The position numbers and the translations under genes are program-made. A stretch of DNA of 63,570 nucleotides, counting the filler, from Platydemus manokwari (taxonomy: Eukaryota): NCBI GenBank assembly GCA_037951405.1. It is 5 parts of 5 records of this genome, joined end to end, with 100 filler letters (N's around TTAATTAATTAA, not from the genome) between each part and the next. Parts side by side here need not be neighbours in the genome. Positions count along the whole stretch, not along the records: positions 15,855 to 27,589 come from JBBMOY010494442.1; positions 27,690 to 42,908 come from JBBMOY011323650.1; 3 more parts are not named here. One strand, 5' to 3'. Each line of letters opens with the position of its first letter. Positions within the stretch are counted from its first letter, which is position 1. Positions 24,817 to 36,500 of this stretch are shown piece after piece. The notes under the pieces were generated by a model. That model was given only the letters and a program-made list of their open reading frames with translations. It did no database searches and had not been told where the DNA came from.

Positions 24817-25106
24817 AAAAGATTTGTGTTGATTTGAATTGCTTGATATCAGCTTAGAATTTCGATACACTTTTAATATCTTTATGTGCTTTCAGCATGG
24901 TGGCAGAAAGTACATCTGTATTTTTTTCTATTCAATTCCAAGCTAAACATCATGGTGAATATGATTTAGCAATAGAACCCTCACGGCGCTAACCTTTCGT
25001 AAGTCATCATGGTGAATATGAACTATTATTTAATCACCCTTCATTCAAACTTCACAAATCCAGCTCTCAGGTAGTTGAGTTACAGACGCGCACCACCACG
25101 TCCAGC
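24817..25106 (-). ncRNA. 7SL/SRP-like Alu-domain RNA, copy D (~290 nt)
   Basis: 5' GCTGGACGTGGTGGTGCGCGTCTGTAACTCAACTACCTGAGAGC; stems GATTTGTG/CACAAATC, TTTGAAT/ATTCAAA, TAGCTTGGAATT/AATTCTAAGCTG, GATGTACTTT/AAAGTGTATC; ends TTTT. Confidence 0.8.
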
Positions 25107-25180
25107 TGATTTTTGTTTAGCAATTTATTAATTTCAGTTAAACCATAATGTGCTCTATTGACACCTGATATTAGATAATT
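25107..25180 (-). promoter_or_regulatory. Putative external Pol III promoter of copy D
   Basis: AATTATCTAATATCAGGTGTCAATAGA at -74..-48; TAATAAAT near -24. Confidence 0.6.
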
Positions 25181-26879
25181 TTTAATTGATTTTTATTAGA
25201 TGACCAATTTGAAAAAAACTATCCTTCTCAGTTCACCATTGATACACCAGAAATAAGAAAATCGATTATATCAATGTAGACCTTGGATGTTGGAACAATG
25301 TTTTATTATCATGAGATTGAAATATAATTATTCACTAGATAAGAAGTTTTGATTTTACAAATATTTCTGTGCACTTAAACGACAGAGGAGTAAAATCAAT
25401 TTTTTAACAGCTTTTCAATCAAAACCGATAAATAAGAGGAATAAGAGGATGTTGAGGTAAATAACTAATGATCTTACCACTATTAATGCTTACTGATCCT
25501 CTTATTGGTGTTGGATTGAAAAATCTTCTCAAAATAAAATCAATATCAAAGTGATCTTTCAGTAATTTACTGGGTATATGACTTTCGAAGATTTGAGCAA
25601 TTTGACTGGCTTGATCTCTTACGCAACTGAATTTTGTTGCTAGTGGTTTAATAATGAGTAAGTCTACTGATGTTGTGAGCCTATTTATATGGTTGTTTAT
25701 TTGAGTGCAACTTCCTTATCAAATAGACGTATTATTCAAATGTACATTATGTGAATAATTCACATTATCAGGTTCAGGAGTACAATTACAAGAGTTTCGA
25801 GTTTAGTTCAAACTTGCCTTGAGGTTCAGCTCAAGCGTAACAGCAAAATATTAGGTGCTCAAACAAGTAATGACAGTTATCGTCCATAAGATCATCACAT
25901 TTTATCCAAGTTCAAATTGGAAGATAAATTGATTATTTCTTTGTAAGAGAGACTCATACTGACAAGATATAGAGTGTTTTAAAGCTTGTTATGATTTATA
26001 TAACAAAATCTATTGTACAAGGTTGCACTAAAATCTGTGATTGGAGAAACCATTTCAGTGAGTACGATAGATGAGCAATTAACAGTTCTTATCAAAATCG
26101 TTACAATCCAATTGTTATCAAATGCAATTGTCTAAAATGACAAACCCAGTGACGTGAGACTTGTAGTAAAAAACCGTTCATTAATATACCCAGCAAATGA
26201 AGCGTCTTGTCAAGGGCTTCACTATATGGACTTGGATGTAAATTGTTTATTTACAAAGTGTGAGACATTGCAATTCCAATATTTCGTAACATAATCATAA
26301 GGCACAGATTCGAATCTCAAACTACCCACATTTTTAAAATATTGGAAATTAGATGTTAATATTATTTTCATTATCTATATCTCCAAGAATTAAACTCTTA
26401 AAATTAGGTGTTAATGGAATATTATTTGCATCAGCTGAATAAGCATTATTATCGAATTCAATAATTAAATATTGAATTACATTGATTTTCATAAATAAGA
26501 AATCCATACCATTTAAAATCTTTAATTCGAAAGATAATATGTATGGACTTGAGTATGATATTTCCCAATCGAATTTTAATAAATTAGGATTTGCATATGC
26601 AGATTTTGGTTTATTTTCTTGAATATTTTTCTTTGAATTTACATTATTTATATTTTCTTGTTTATTTTTAATACCTTTTAAATTTTAATTTCCCTCTTCT
26701 ATTGCTAATTGTGGTTTTTACTGATTTCAAAAAGATGTAGGAAATAAGACGATAGCTTGATTTAACAAAATTTTTGAATATTGTTGTTCTTCAGCTTTAC
26801 TTACTTTTATTGATGTCAAAACCATTTATTCATAGCCATTCTTTAAAACTAAATCGATTTAATTTTTCAGTTACAACAT

Positions 26880-27589
26880 AACAATTGAAATGAATGATTA
26901 TAATCTTAAACAATAATGTGTAAATAATGTGTATCAAGTGAATGTGAGACTTATTGTAGTTTAAACTACGACTTCGGGTTAATTATCTGTCATAATTCTT
27001 TCTAAATATGAAAATATGAATCTCGATCAGAAATTGTTTGACAATCATTTGTAAAGAAATAATATCGAAATCGACATTGATTTAATCACAGAAATTCGTG
27101 AAAGGAATTGTTAGGAAATTAACTAAAAATGTGATTAGTTGGGATTCGAACCTGTGACTTAGAATAATATTAAGAAATATTGGACTGAAAATGTGAATGG
27201 TCATCTGAAGCTGTGATGGCAAGACTAGAGAAGCGATATACAGTTATTTATAAAAATTATTGGTAGCCAAGAATACGAACCAGTTCCTCTTAAACGAATC
27301 AATACATTCATGTTAATAGATTGAGTTAGTTGAGCATATTTTATTTGATAAGTCTACAATTTTGAATGCTGATGGTCATCGAAGTAATCTAGCTAGATTC
27401 ATTGATCAAAAATAATGAACTACAAGTTAATTTAGATTTTCTTAAAAATTTTGAAAATAACATTTGGTGTGCAGATACAAATATTCTCAATCAATCAATA
27501 AATATCCTGTTCCATATGATTTCTATTCAGTTATCGATTTTAAGTTTAGTATCTGTTCAGTGATAAATAAAATGTAAAGATTTATGTTG
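26880..27589. repeat. Repeat module forming the 3' flank of A/B/E-type 7SL-like genes; contains a B-box
   Basis: Homologous pieces at ~15970-16320, 17370-17636, 18000-18570, 23825-24030 and inverted at 22140-22290; GGTTCGAATCCC on the minus strand at 27141-27152. Confidence 0.85.
27569..27589 (-). ncRNA. 3' end of a fifth 7SL-like copy (E), cut by the assembly gap
   Basis: CAACATAAATCTTTACATTTT and its flank are nearly identical to the 3' end of copy A. Confidence 0.65.
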
Positions 27590-27689
27590 NNNNNNNNNNN
27601 NNNNNNNNNNNNNNNNNNNNNNNNNNNNNNNNNTTAATTAATTAANNNNNNNNNNNNNNNNNNNNNNNNNNNNNNNNNNNNNNNNNNNN
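27590..27689. other. Artificial contig spacer
   Basis: 44N-TTAATTAATTAA-44N. Confidence 0.97.
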
Positions 27690-28489
27690 GCCAACGATAT
27701 TCTCATTCTCCAACCTCCACTAAAATGTTTCACTGCTTTGTTTTGCATATCCTTTGTAAATCCCAACCCGAAAAGTATTTCTGCAGCTCTTTTCTCTGCC
27801 CTCTCAACGTCCAAATCATCTAATCTTTCATAAACCTCAACTAGTCTATCCTGTGATTCAATATCATCTTGTAGCGCAAGATGTTCGGCCTCTTGTTCTA
27901 ATCGTAAACGTTCAGAATCGGCTTCAATAACAGATTCCAAAGCCGTTTTTTCAGATGGAGGCATCTCACGTTGTAATAAATAATGATCGATATGTGAAGG
28001 AATGGGTAATTCATTGTTTGATAGAACAGCAAACAATGTAGATTTTCCACACCCATTTAATCCAATCAATCCATAACGTCTACCATTATTCAATTCGATA
28101 GATGTATCTAATAAGATTTCCTGACCATGAAATGTAACACAAACACTGCCAAATTGCACGTCACGAGATTCTTTCTGTGATGCTAAAACCCCAGTGACAC
28201 TTCTATATTGCGCTACTCTCTCGCTGCATAAGTTCAAGCTTTCAATTTCTTTAATTAAAGCTGCAGCTTTTGAATCATCTTCGTCTTCACTGCCCATAAA
28301 TTCATCATCAATTTCATGTTTGGACAATTTTTGATCATGATTATTATTGTCACCATTGGTGATGACTAATTTGTCATCGATTGGCTTACTATTTTCAATA
28401 ATTTCATCTTTCTTAGTTGCACCATTCTGACGTTTCTTGCCTCCTAATTTCTTAGCTGCAGCTTTAGCTTTTTTATTATCAGAGGGCAT
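27690..28489 (-). CDS. ABCF2: ABC-F family ATPase ABCF2, N-terminal part (truncated by gap)
   Basis: MPSD start, VTGVLAS, TFHGQEILLDTSIELNNGRRYGLIGLNGCGKST (Walker A), EVYERLDDLD, LGFTKDMQ, FSGGWRMRISL signature. Confidence 0.95.
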
Positions 28490-31400
28490 TTCTAAAATTA
28501 ATAATTAATAGCGACTAACAAAAACACGATCTAACATTTTCAAATTAAAAAGTAACTTAAACAAATTATTTTTTTAATCATTATAATTTTTATTTTTAAG
28601 AAAAATTTTGAATTTTACAATGATATTTATCAATAAAAGTTTTAACTGAAGTTTAAAATTTATTCAAATTTTTCAACTATTCTTTAAATTCTTATATTTC
28701 TTAAATGGTTAAAAAAAATTTAATAATTTTTTATACTATTTAGATTTTATTCATAGATTATTGTTGAATTTTTTACTCTTATTTCAAATTTGGTTATTTT
28801 TCAAGTGCTTTTCAACTTATGTGCCAAGTAATACGAAAAGACGATAATAAATATAGATAATTAGAATTGCTCTTCATAACATTCTCAACGACATGTTTGA
28901 TTTTTATTCATCATCTTGTTTTTTCGAAAATTTGAATGCAATTAGTAATTTTTCAAGATAGTAAGTGATAAGTCTCTGTGTTTCTTAATATATGTTAACA
29001 TATGTTATATTTGGTTCAAAATGAGTAGTTGAAATCATTAATAAGTCATTTAAATGTTCATCAGACAACCGTGACATGTAGCAAGATTTTTGTCATAATG
29101 TTCGTGTGTTTCATAGTAAGCTTGGCGGGCTGTACTTTGGATACCCCTGATATAAGGCAACAGTAACAATTACCACTCACATTTTTGATACACATTTTTA
29201 GACAGATTGTTACCAGACAAATCGTTTCAATAAGCGCGATAGCATCAACAAATAAATTACGATCCAACACAAGATAAGAAGATCGTTCTGAATCGGGCAT
29301 CATAATTTCTGGAAGATCTCACAACAGGATATGCTGACCAATACATTAGTTCAACGTTAATCTCATGTTATCACGCTGTGTCTTTCAATTTTCTGAGGTA
29401 ACTGGTTTTGCTCCAATAGCCGGGTCTATTAACCGTCACTTGTTCCAAGAAGTTGTTAAGGTTCGTTATAAGATTTGATGTATAGTCTAGTATTAAAATT
29501 AGTTAGTTTTTTTATTTGTTGGTCAGTAGTAACGTTGCAATTTAGTAATAAACATTTGAAGTAGCAAGCCTTGGTTATTGATTAAATAGGACGATAAATC
29601 ATTGCTAATTGTCATACTGAATCATTCATCTAAATATCAATGTAAAGTACAGCCAAGAACAAGCTTGGGTGGAATTTAGTAAATTTTATTCTTCGTTTAT
29701 TATACAAATTCATAATAAGAAGACCGTGTTTTTATTTTTCCACAATATCTTCATTTTTAAAATTTTTACTTTGTAAGTTATCTTAAATTGGAATTTTTGA
29801 AATTGTTGAGGATACACCCAGCATCACATAGTCATCCTTACAATATCTTAAATTTAATACACATTCAATCATAATCTCACGTATTATCTTGGATTAATCT
29901 CCAATAATTCAAGCAACAATACCCAATTCAGTCGACAAACAAACTCACATGTTTCATCCACATAGAATTATCAAATTCCGTTTAATTGAAAAATTACTGA
30001 TTTGATAATTCTTCATTATTTATCCTCTTTAGAATTTGATAAAAAATTTTATATTTGTCTTTTTATCTTTGCAAATTGCCTTTATAATCATTGGTGTTAA
30101 GTTTATAAAGGAATTTATTATTATTTCTGATATATTTGTGTGAAAATTATTGAAATGTAATTTTATTGACGAATATTTGAAGATGGATGTTATGTCGGGT
30201 TTTGGGAAAAAAGACATTATTTTGCATCCATATTTTAAGTGTATAAAAGTAGTCTGTTATTTCTAATTGTATTTTTATTCTTTTTATTTTTTATCATTCC
30301 GGACAAGCGAATTAAAAGAAATCTTTAATAACAAAAATAGTCATATAAATAAAATAAGATTATAAAAGAATAGAACCGGTTTATTAACCCGAAATAGAAA
30401 TAAACCCTTTGAATTTTCGCATAACAACTAGAAAATAGCCCTTATAAAAATACCCTGATGCAAAAATAACTCGCAAAAAAGATCGAAAAATGAAAATCAT
30501 CCGCATTAATTCGGCTGGCAACAAGAAAATAACCCCGAATAAATTAAATATTCTTTATAAAATAATAAAGAACATCAAATTTCGCCCGCATTAAAAGACT
30601 GACAACCCGCAGTCAAAAATATTCATTCAGATTAAAATAAATAGAGCCCTCATTTTAATCAAAAATTTCCATCAAATAAATCCAGTATAAATAGGACTTT
30701 AAAATCACTAGTCCTCGCCCCAATATTAGAAACCACTAGCGTAGTGTGCCCGAGCTAAGAAAATCAAGTATTCGTTGCCGAGTTGAAGAAGCCGAAAGCC
30801 ATCATTCCTGTTGCCATTATATGCTCAGATTTATCTGGAAGAACAATTTTAACAATTGTTTATCGATTCAATAGGAGATTGCGCAAGGATAAAGTAAGAT
30901 CAATACGTGTAAAATTATCATTTATTTACACCATCAAAGACGTATATTCTTCCTATTTATAGGACTAAGTCCAAATACCTTTAACACCTGGTTCTACCTC
31001 TATTGGAGGATTGTTACCTTAGCTTGTCTGGAATTGTGCCATAATTGTTCCATCGTTTCAGTGTATAAAAGTATTGTTATATTTTAACATACTTGTATAA
31101 AAGTAGTGCTAGTCGTATAAAAGTAGTCAATTTTTATTGTAATTTGGTTAAACAATATAATTTTAGTAGTCATAAACCGAGTTACTTTTGATTTGACAAG
31201 TGTCCTAAGAAATCATTCGTATTTCTATAAAAATTATCATCATTGTCAACTCATTACCTTTTAATAAAAGGGTGCAAAGAGAGTCGTGTAATATTAAAGT
31301 GAGACTGATACCAATAAACAATATCATTGAGCCGTTCATCCCGTCTTCATACGGTGAGAGCAACGATCCAGGCGAAAAAAGATCAAATAATAACATAGGT

Positions 31401-32799
31401 TTAGTTGATACCTAGAGGTTAATAGAACCACGAAGAGACTGATTAGACTCTGGTATTGCACAATCAAAAAGGTTACAATTAAAAGAGACTGATAGTAAAA
31501 TACCAAAAACCAACAGCTCTTGATGCTTCTTGTTTTAAATCTTCAAACTGTAGAGTGCTCTTTTCAAAAATCAATTTGGTTGTTTATGTGAAAAGAAATC
31601 TTAATCTTCCTCAAAATAACATTAGAATAAGTTATTCATCCCGATCTAACAGATGGTCTTACTACCTTTCACAACAAATCTCTGTCCTTATCGAAAATTT
31701 TTCATTTGTCGACTGCTGTTGCTCGGGATCATTTTCTACGTAGATTTGACAAAAAGACTGTCTTTCCATTTAACATTGTCTTATTAAGCTCATGGTAGGT
31801 GAAGCAGTTGAGAAGAGAGTATGTGTTTTACTCTAAAGCCATTCTACGCAAAAATTCTATACTCATCGATTCCGTCGTTGATCCCGAGTTCGAAACAAAT
31901 TGACAACCATTTTGGATAAAGTTTTCTTTAGCCAATGAATAATTCTTTCTGTGTTTCTTTTCCATTTTACGCTGATAAGTTCAAAAACCAACAAATATCT
32001 TCTGAAAAAATCGGGGGGTTTAGGATTTCACTTTGATGGCGGAAATCTATCTTCTTTCAATCTAACCTAACATTTCAACCTCGAAACCAAGATGTTTACA
32101 ATCTTTGTCTCTCATCTTCACACAAGCAACAACCGGCCAGTTATCTTCTCGAATTGGGATGCAATGAGAAAATACGAGTTATACTCAAAAGAGTATGTGA
32201 TCCTGATAGGCTTCGGTTTTTCAATAGTGCTATTTCAAAAAGACATGTGAACTACAATTGGACTTTGTTTTTGAAAGCAAAGCTACTCCGAAAAACGAAA
32301 TATCAAGTCGATCGAAAAATTATTTCTATTTTCTTATATTTGATAAATTTTTCAAACATTTCTTATACGTGTTGTTTTTTTTAAATATTGCTTTTTAATT
32401 TTTTGACGGGTTTCTATTAATATTAATAATGCTGTAACTAGAAATCAATAACGGGGGAGTTTGCCTAAACAGGTACAAGAAGCCTTGCATTTTTACGTTC
32501 GGAAGTTAGATTGAGAAAAATACATGGAACCCGCAAAGAGTCCATGCTATTAGAGAAATTTATTTTTCTTCATGAATATGTGTTGTGTGTTTTAAAAAAG
32601 TGCAGAAAATAATTCATTACCAATTCATATCATCTTGAACTCGGCTCAAAAACCGATTAGATCCCAGTTTCAAACATGAATTGCAAATTCGCAAGAGTCT
32701 TATTTCAAATTTAAATACATGGAAATTGAGAAATAGGAACCATAAAGTTCCTGAAATAACAACTATGGATAACACAATCCACTAGAGAATTTTGAAGTG

Positions 32800-33060
32800 G
32801 CTATATATAACTATAGTTCCTCGAAGTAGATTATTAACTTCTTCCTTTGCTACCAGTTAATCTTTCTTCTCATCGACTGTCACATCCATGAGTCCATATT
32901 GATGCGTCCTTTAATCTACTATTCCTGTTCTTGGGATGATCACATGTGAATATACCAATTCACCTTGGTAATCCATAATATTTATTTCTATCAAAACAAG
33001 CTCACTAGCGAATTCCGGTTATGCTAATGCCCCATGAACAAATCGCACTCTTCTCATTAT
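32800..33060 (-). pseudogene. Decayed DEDDh 3'-5' exonuclease (REX4/ISG20-like) fragment
   Basis: LVLIEINIMDYQGELVYSHVIIPRTGIVD*RTHQYGL..KEEVNNLLRGTIVI matches the VS.V...G..LY...V.P...V.DYRT..SGI / V..LL.G.I.VGH pattern, with stops. Confidence 0.5.
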
Positions 33061-33584
33061 TTCCTTCTGTGTCATTTTCATACTTAGGGAGAATCTATTT
33101 AGAGACAGTCATTGTTCAATTATCCAATTTTTTCTTTTGATTGCCTAGGTATCTTGCCCCAGTTTGGTTGGGTTTTATCAAATATGGTCAACAACCACAT
33201 TTAGCTTCTTCACTAAAGTTCGAAATTACAATCTTCTTGAGATCCGCACTGGGTCCATCGATCTTGATATTGAACTTACATAATGGCAACCGAAAACCAA
33301 CTAAATGTCTAAAAGATATTTACATTTAACCACGCGGTTTTTATACTATTTTTTGAATTACCAACAGAAACGTTATCAAAAACAAATATTATTTGATATA
33401 TTATTAATTGAATAATATGATAATATAAATACAATCTATACAAAATTAAGAGAGAAATTATATTTTTTATAAAGCTCAAATAATAATAATAATATCAAGA
33501 TAATAATGAAGAATAAATAAAATGTCTGATATTTATTACATTAAAAATTTACAAACTTTTAAAACATGCTCAGATAAATTATTA

Positions 33585-36500
33585 TTAATTAAAACCATTT
33601 GGCCTTAATATTTGATCTGAATATAAAAACTGTTGATTTTGACAATCTTGAAATCGGAAATCCTTATCCATCGTATTATTAACTTGATCATAAGTGTCAG
33701 TAGATGATTCTGGGATATATACGCTTACACCATGTCTAAATTGAGTTTGAAATTTATTTCGATCTAATGTTGATGCGTATGATGAATTAGCTCCACGATT
33801 ATATTGATAATAATTCGATCGACCACTTCCACCACCACCTCCACTGATTGAATAAGAATTATTGTGATATGCAGGAGTTGTGTAATTTTCTGCAGAGTTA
33901 ACTTCCAAGCTGTCATTGCTGTCACTACTTTCGATCTTTGCGAACAACTGAAATAATTTTGTATTTAATTCGTTTTTCATGTCTTCTCGCTTAACTTTCT
34001 TTGCTTGAGAAGGCTCTGGAGATTCTTCAGACTTTTTCACATCACTAAACCTTTTCAGTTTTTTCCCATGATCAAGATCTGATAAACCAACAAGATTTTC
34101 CGTTGGATCATACGGTCTATCATATAATGGTGATTCAATTCTTTGAATGGAGTTTTGAGTTTTATATAATGCCTTTTTACCAACATTAAGAGTATTATCT
34201 TCCAACCGAACATTATCGATGGGAGAATTTATCGACAACTTAAATGATATTTCATCAAATTTAAGTGTTACATTAGTGGCTATGCCACAGATCTGGCGTA
34301 ATTTGGATTTTTGAATGGTATTTTGGCCATTAATAGATTGTCGTAATACATTTAATGATATAATGGATTCATTTATATGATTATCTTGAATATTACAAGC
34401 GTTCAATAATTTGTTTTTCAATTCATTCTCAACGGAGTCATCTAATAATGTCAATATTTAATGATATTTTTAAATATGAATTAAAAATCAATATCAAATT
34501 CATTAATAAAATAATTTATTATTAATGTTAATAAGTGATGAAAAATATTGTATTTGTTCAGAATATCTTGTATAATATCTCATAAAATCATTGTATATTA
34601 AATAATCATGCATCTAATATATATGCAACTATTTTTGTTTCATAAAATGTTTCCTTCTCATGACAATAATGTTTCAACATTGACAATTTGACATGATAAA
34701 TTCTAGATATATAAGCATTATTATTGCACAACAATAAATCATTAATTATGATAGAGAAATGTTTGATTTGTTTCTATCTATTTATTATACAATATGAATT
34801 AATATTCAGTTTGAGTTATTATTAAAACTGTGAAATGAATTTGTATTAAATCTAATCAATATATAAATGAAACATATAAAATTAATAAAAATAGACATCA
34901 TTAAGATATTAAATTATTGATTAGTCAAATATTACAATTTCATTTGAAAAGTTGCCAATGATAAATGAGCATCACGTGATTGTGATTGGCTAATAATATT
35001 GCTGAATTGTATAAAAGCTATAAAATCGTTAATGAATCAAATAATCTTTACAGAATGAAATGGCTTTGCCCCAGTATAAGATATTTTCAAAGGCTTGTAA
35101 TTATAAAAATAGCAATATAATAATTGCCTTATTTTACTATTAAAGTATTGTTTTATATTGCGTGATAATTGTCAATGTGAATAATCAATAAAGGAGCTGT
35201 GTATTTTTTAAAATATTCTATATATTGCTTTTTAAATTATATTTAACTATGTTTCAAGATCGATACAGATGATGTTTAATTAAAAATCTCCACTGAATCA
35301 ACCTCGCCTGTATCAACCTTCTATCAAACCCCCCATATAAATATCAGTAAAATCTATAAAAACTTACCGATATTCAAATTAGACAAACTATAATCAAGTG
35401 ATTTATTTGTGATTAATAATAAATGTAGATAATTGACATCAAGAGTTCTCACTGAAGGAATACCTGGGTGCAGAAATAAATTATTAAAACAACATCAAAA
35501 AATTCCAAACCAAAATTCTGAGATAAATTGCTGTCGGGAAATACAAATAACAATGAATCTGAGTTATCGTTTATACGAATTCGACCCACCTTAACAACAG
35601 TTAATATTTATAATTAAAAAATATAATTAAGCAAACAGTTTTCGTTTCAAGGAAATGTTCGACCAATCGGGCCATCTTAGCACGATCACGACTTGGCTCA
35701 TTGACTACCATTCGAAAATAATTGACATATTGAGTGCCAAATGTTGCCAATTTCATTGAATCTATCATGTTTTTAGTGAATTTATTTTCAATATTACGGC
35801 TAATTGTTACACGCTTTTTAAAGACGTCACTTAAACTAAAATTGTCTTCTTGTGTAACATCAGATCGATCCCTTACAAGCGGTTGGATAAAACCTTTTTC
35901 AAATGCTGACCATTCCATTAGTTCACAAATCTGCCAACAAGGTGTCATCCTGGATGAAAGGCAATATTGTGAATTAATTGTAAATATAAAATATGCTAAC
36001 AGTGGATCAAACGGGGCCCACGATGAATGATACGATAATATTGTTACTGGAATATCCAATGGCAATACTTCTGGAGAATCGTCATCTTTCTGTAATTTAG
36101 GCAACTTCAATTGAAGCTGCGTACAAAACACGGGAGTTGAGTCTGTGTAAATCTGTTTAATTCGCTGAGGCGGACACCCGGTAGTTCTATTATTAGACCT
36201 TGGTCTCTTATCTAAAATTTTGTTGGATGAATCTTTGTTATTTGCGTCAGAGGTTGGGGGTGCAAGAGAAATTGGTATGGAAAGAAGCTTATACAAGGGG
36301 GCACCAACCCATGTGAACTCAACAGCAGCCCAAGGTAAAATCTGGCTTGGTTCGTCTACTAAATCAAAATCGTCGGAATACTCGTACATGTAAATCTAAG
36401 ATTATTTATTAAAAACTATATAAATTCTCTGATAAATAAACTTGAGTTGAATGAAAAGCTCTTGCCATAGAGGCATAAGATTCTTGATTATAATTTTTAG

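Noticed and set aside
24847-25012. Box C (ATGATGA) and box D (CTGA) motifs in copy D suggesting a snoRNA
   Set aside because: Box C is not conserved in copy C, and the CTGA and second ATGATG are explained by ordinary helix pairing.
24948-25020. CRISPR-like repeat-spacer (16-nt repeat, 41-nt spacer)
   Set aside because: Only two repeats, eukaryotic context, no cas genes; a local tandem duplication.
17616-25106. 7SL-derived retroposed SINE or primate Alu contamination
   Set aside because: Upstream and downstream flanks are co-duplicated, I see no 3' poly-A tails or target-site duplications, and the sequence differs from Alu beyond the fold.
27120-27200. tRNA gene at the B-box
   Set aside because: No D-arm/A-box or acceptor-stem pairing found.
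35734-36030. 98-aa plus-strand ORF
   Set aside because: Antisense shadow of the TASOR-like exon.
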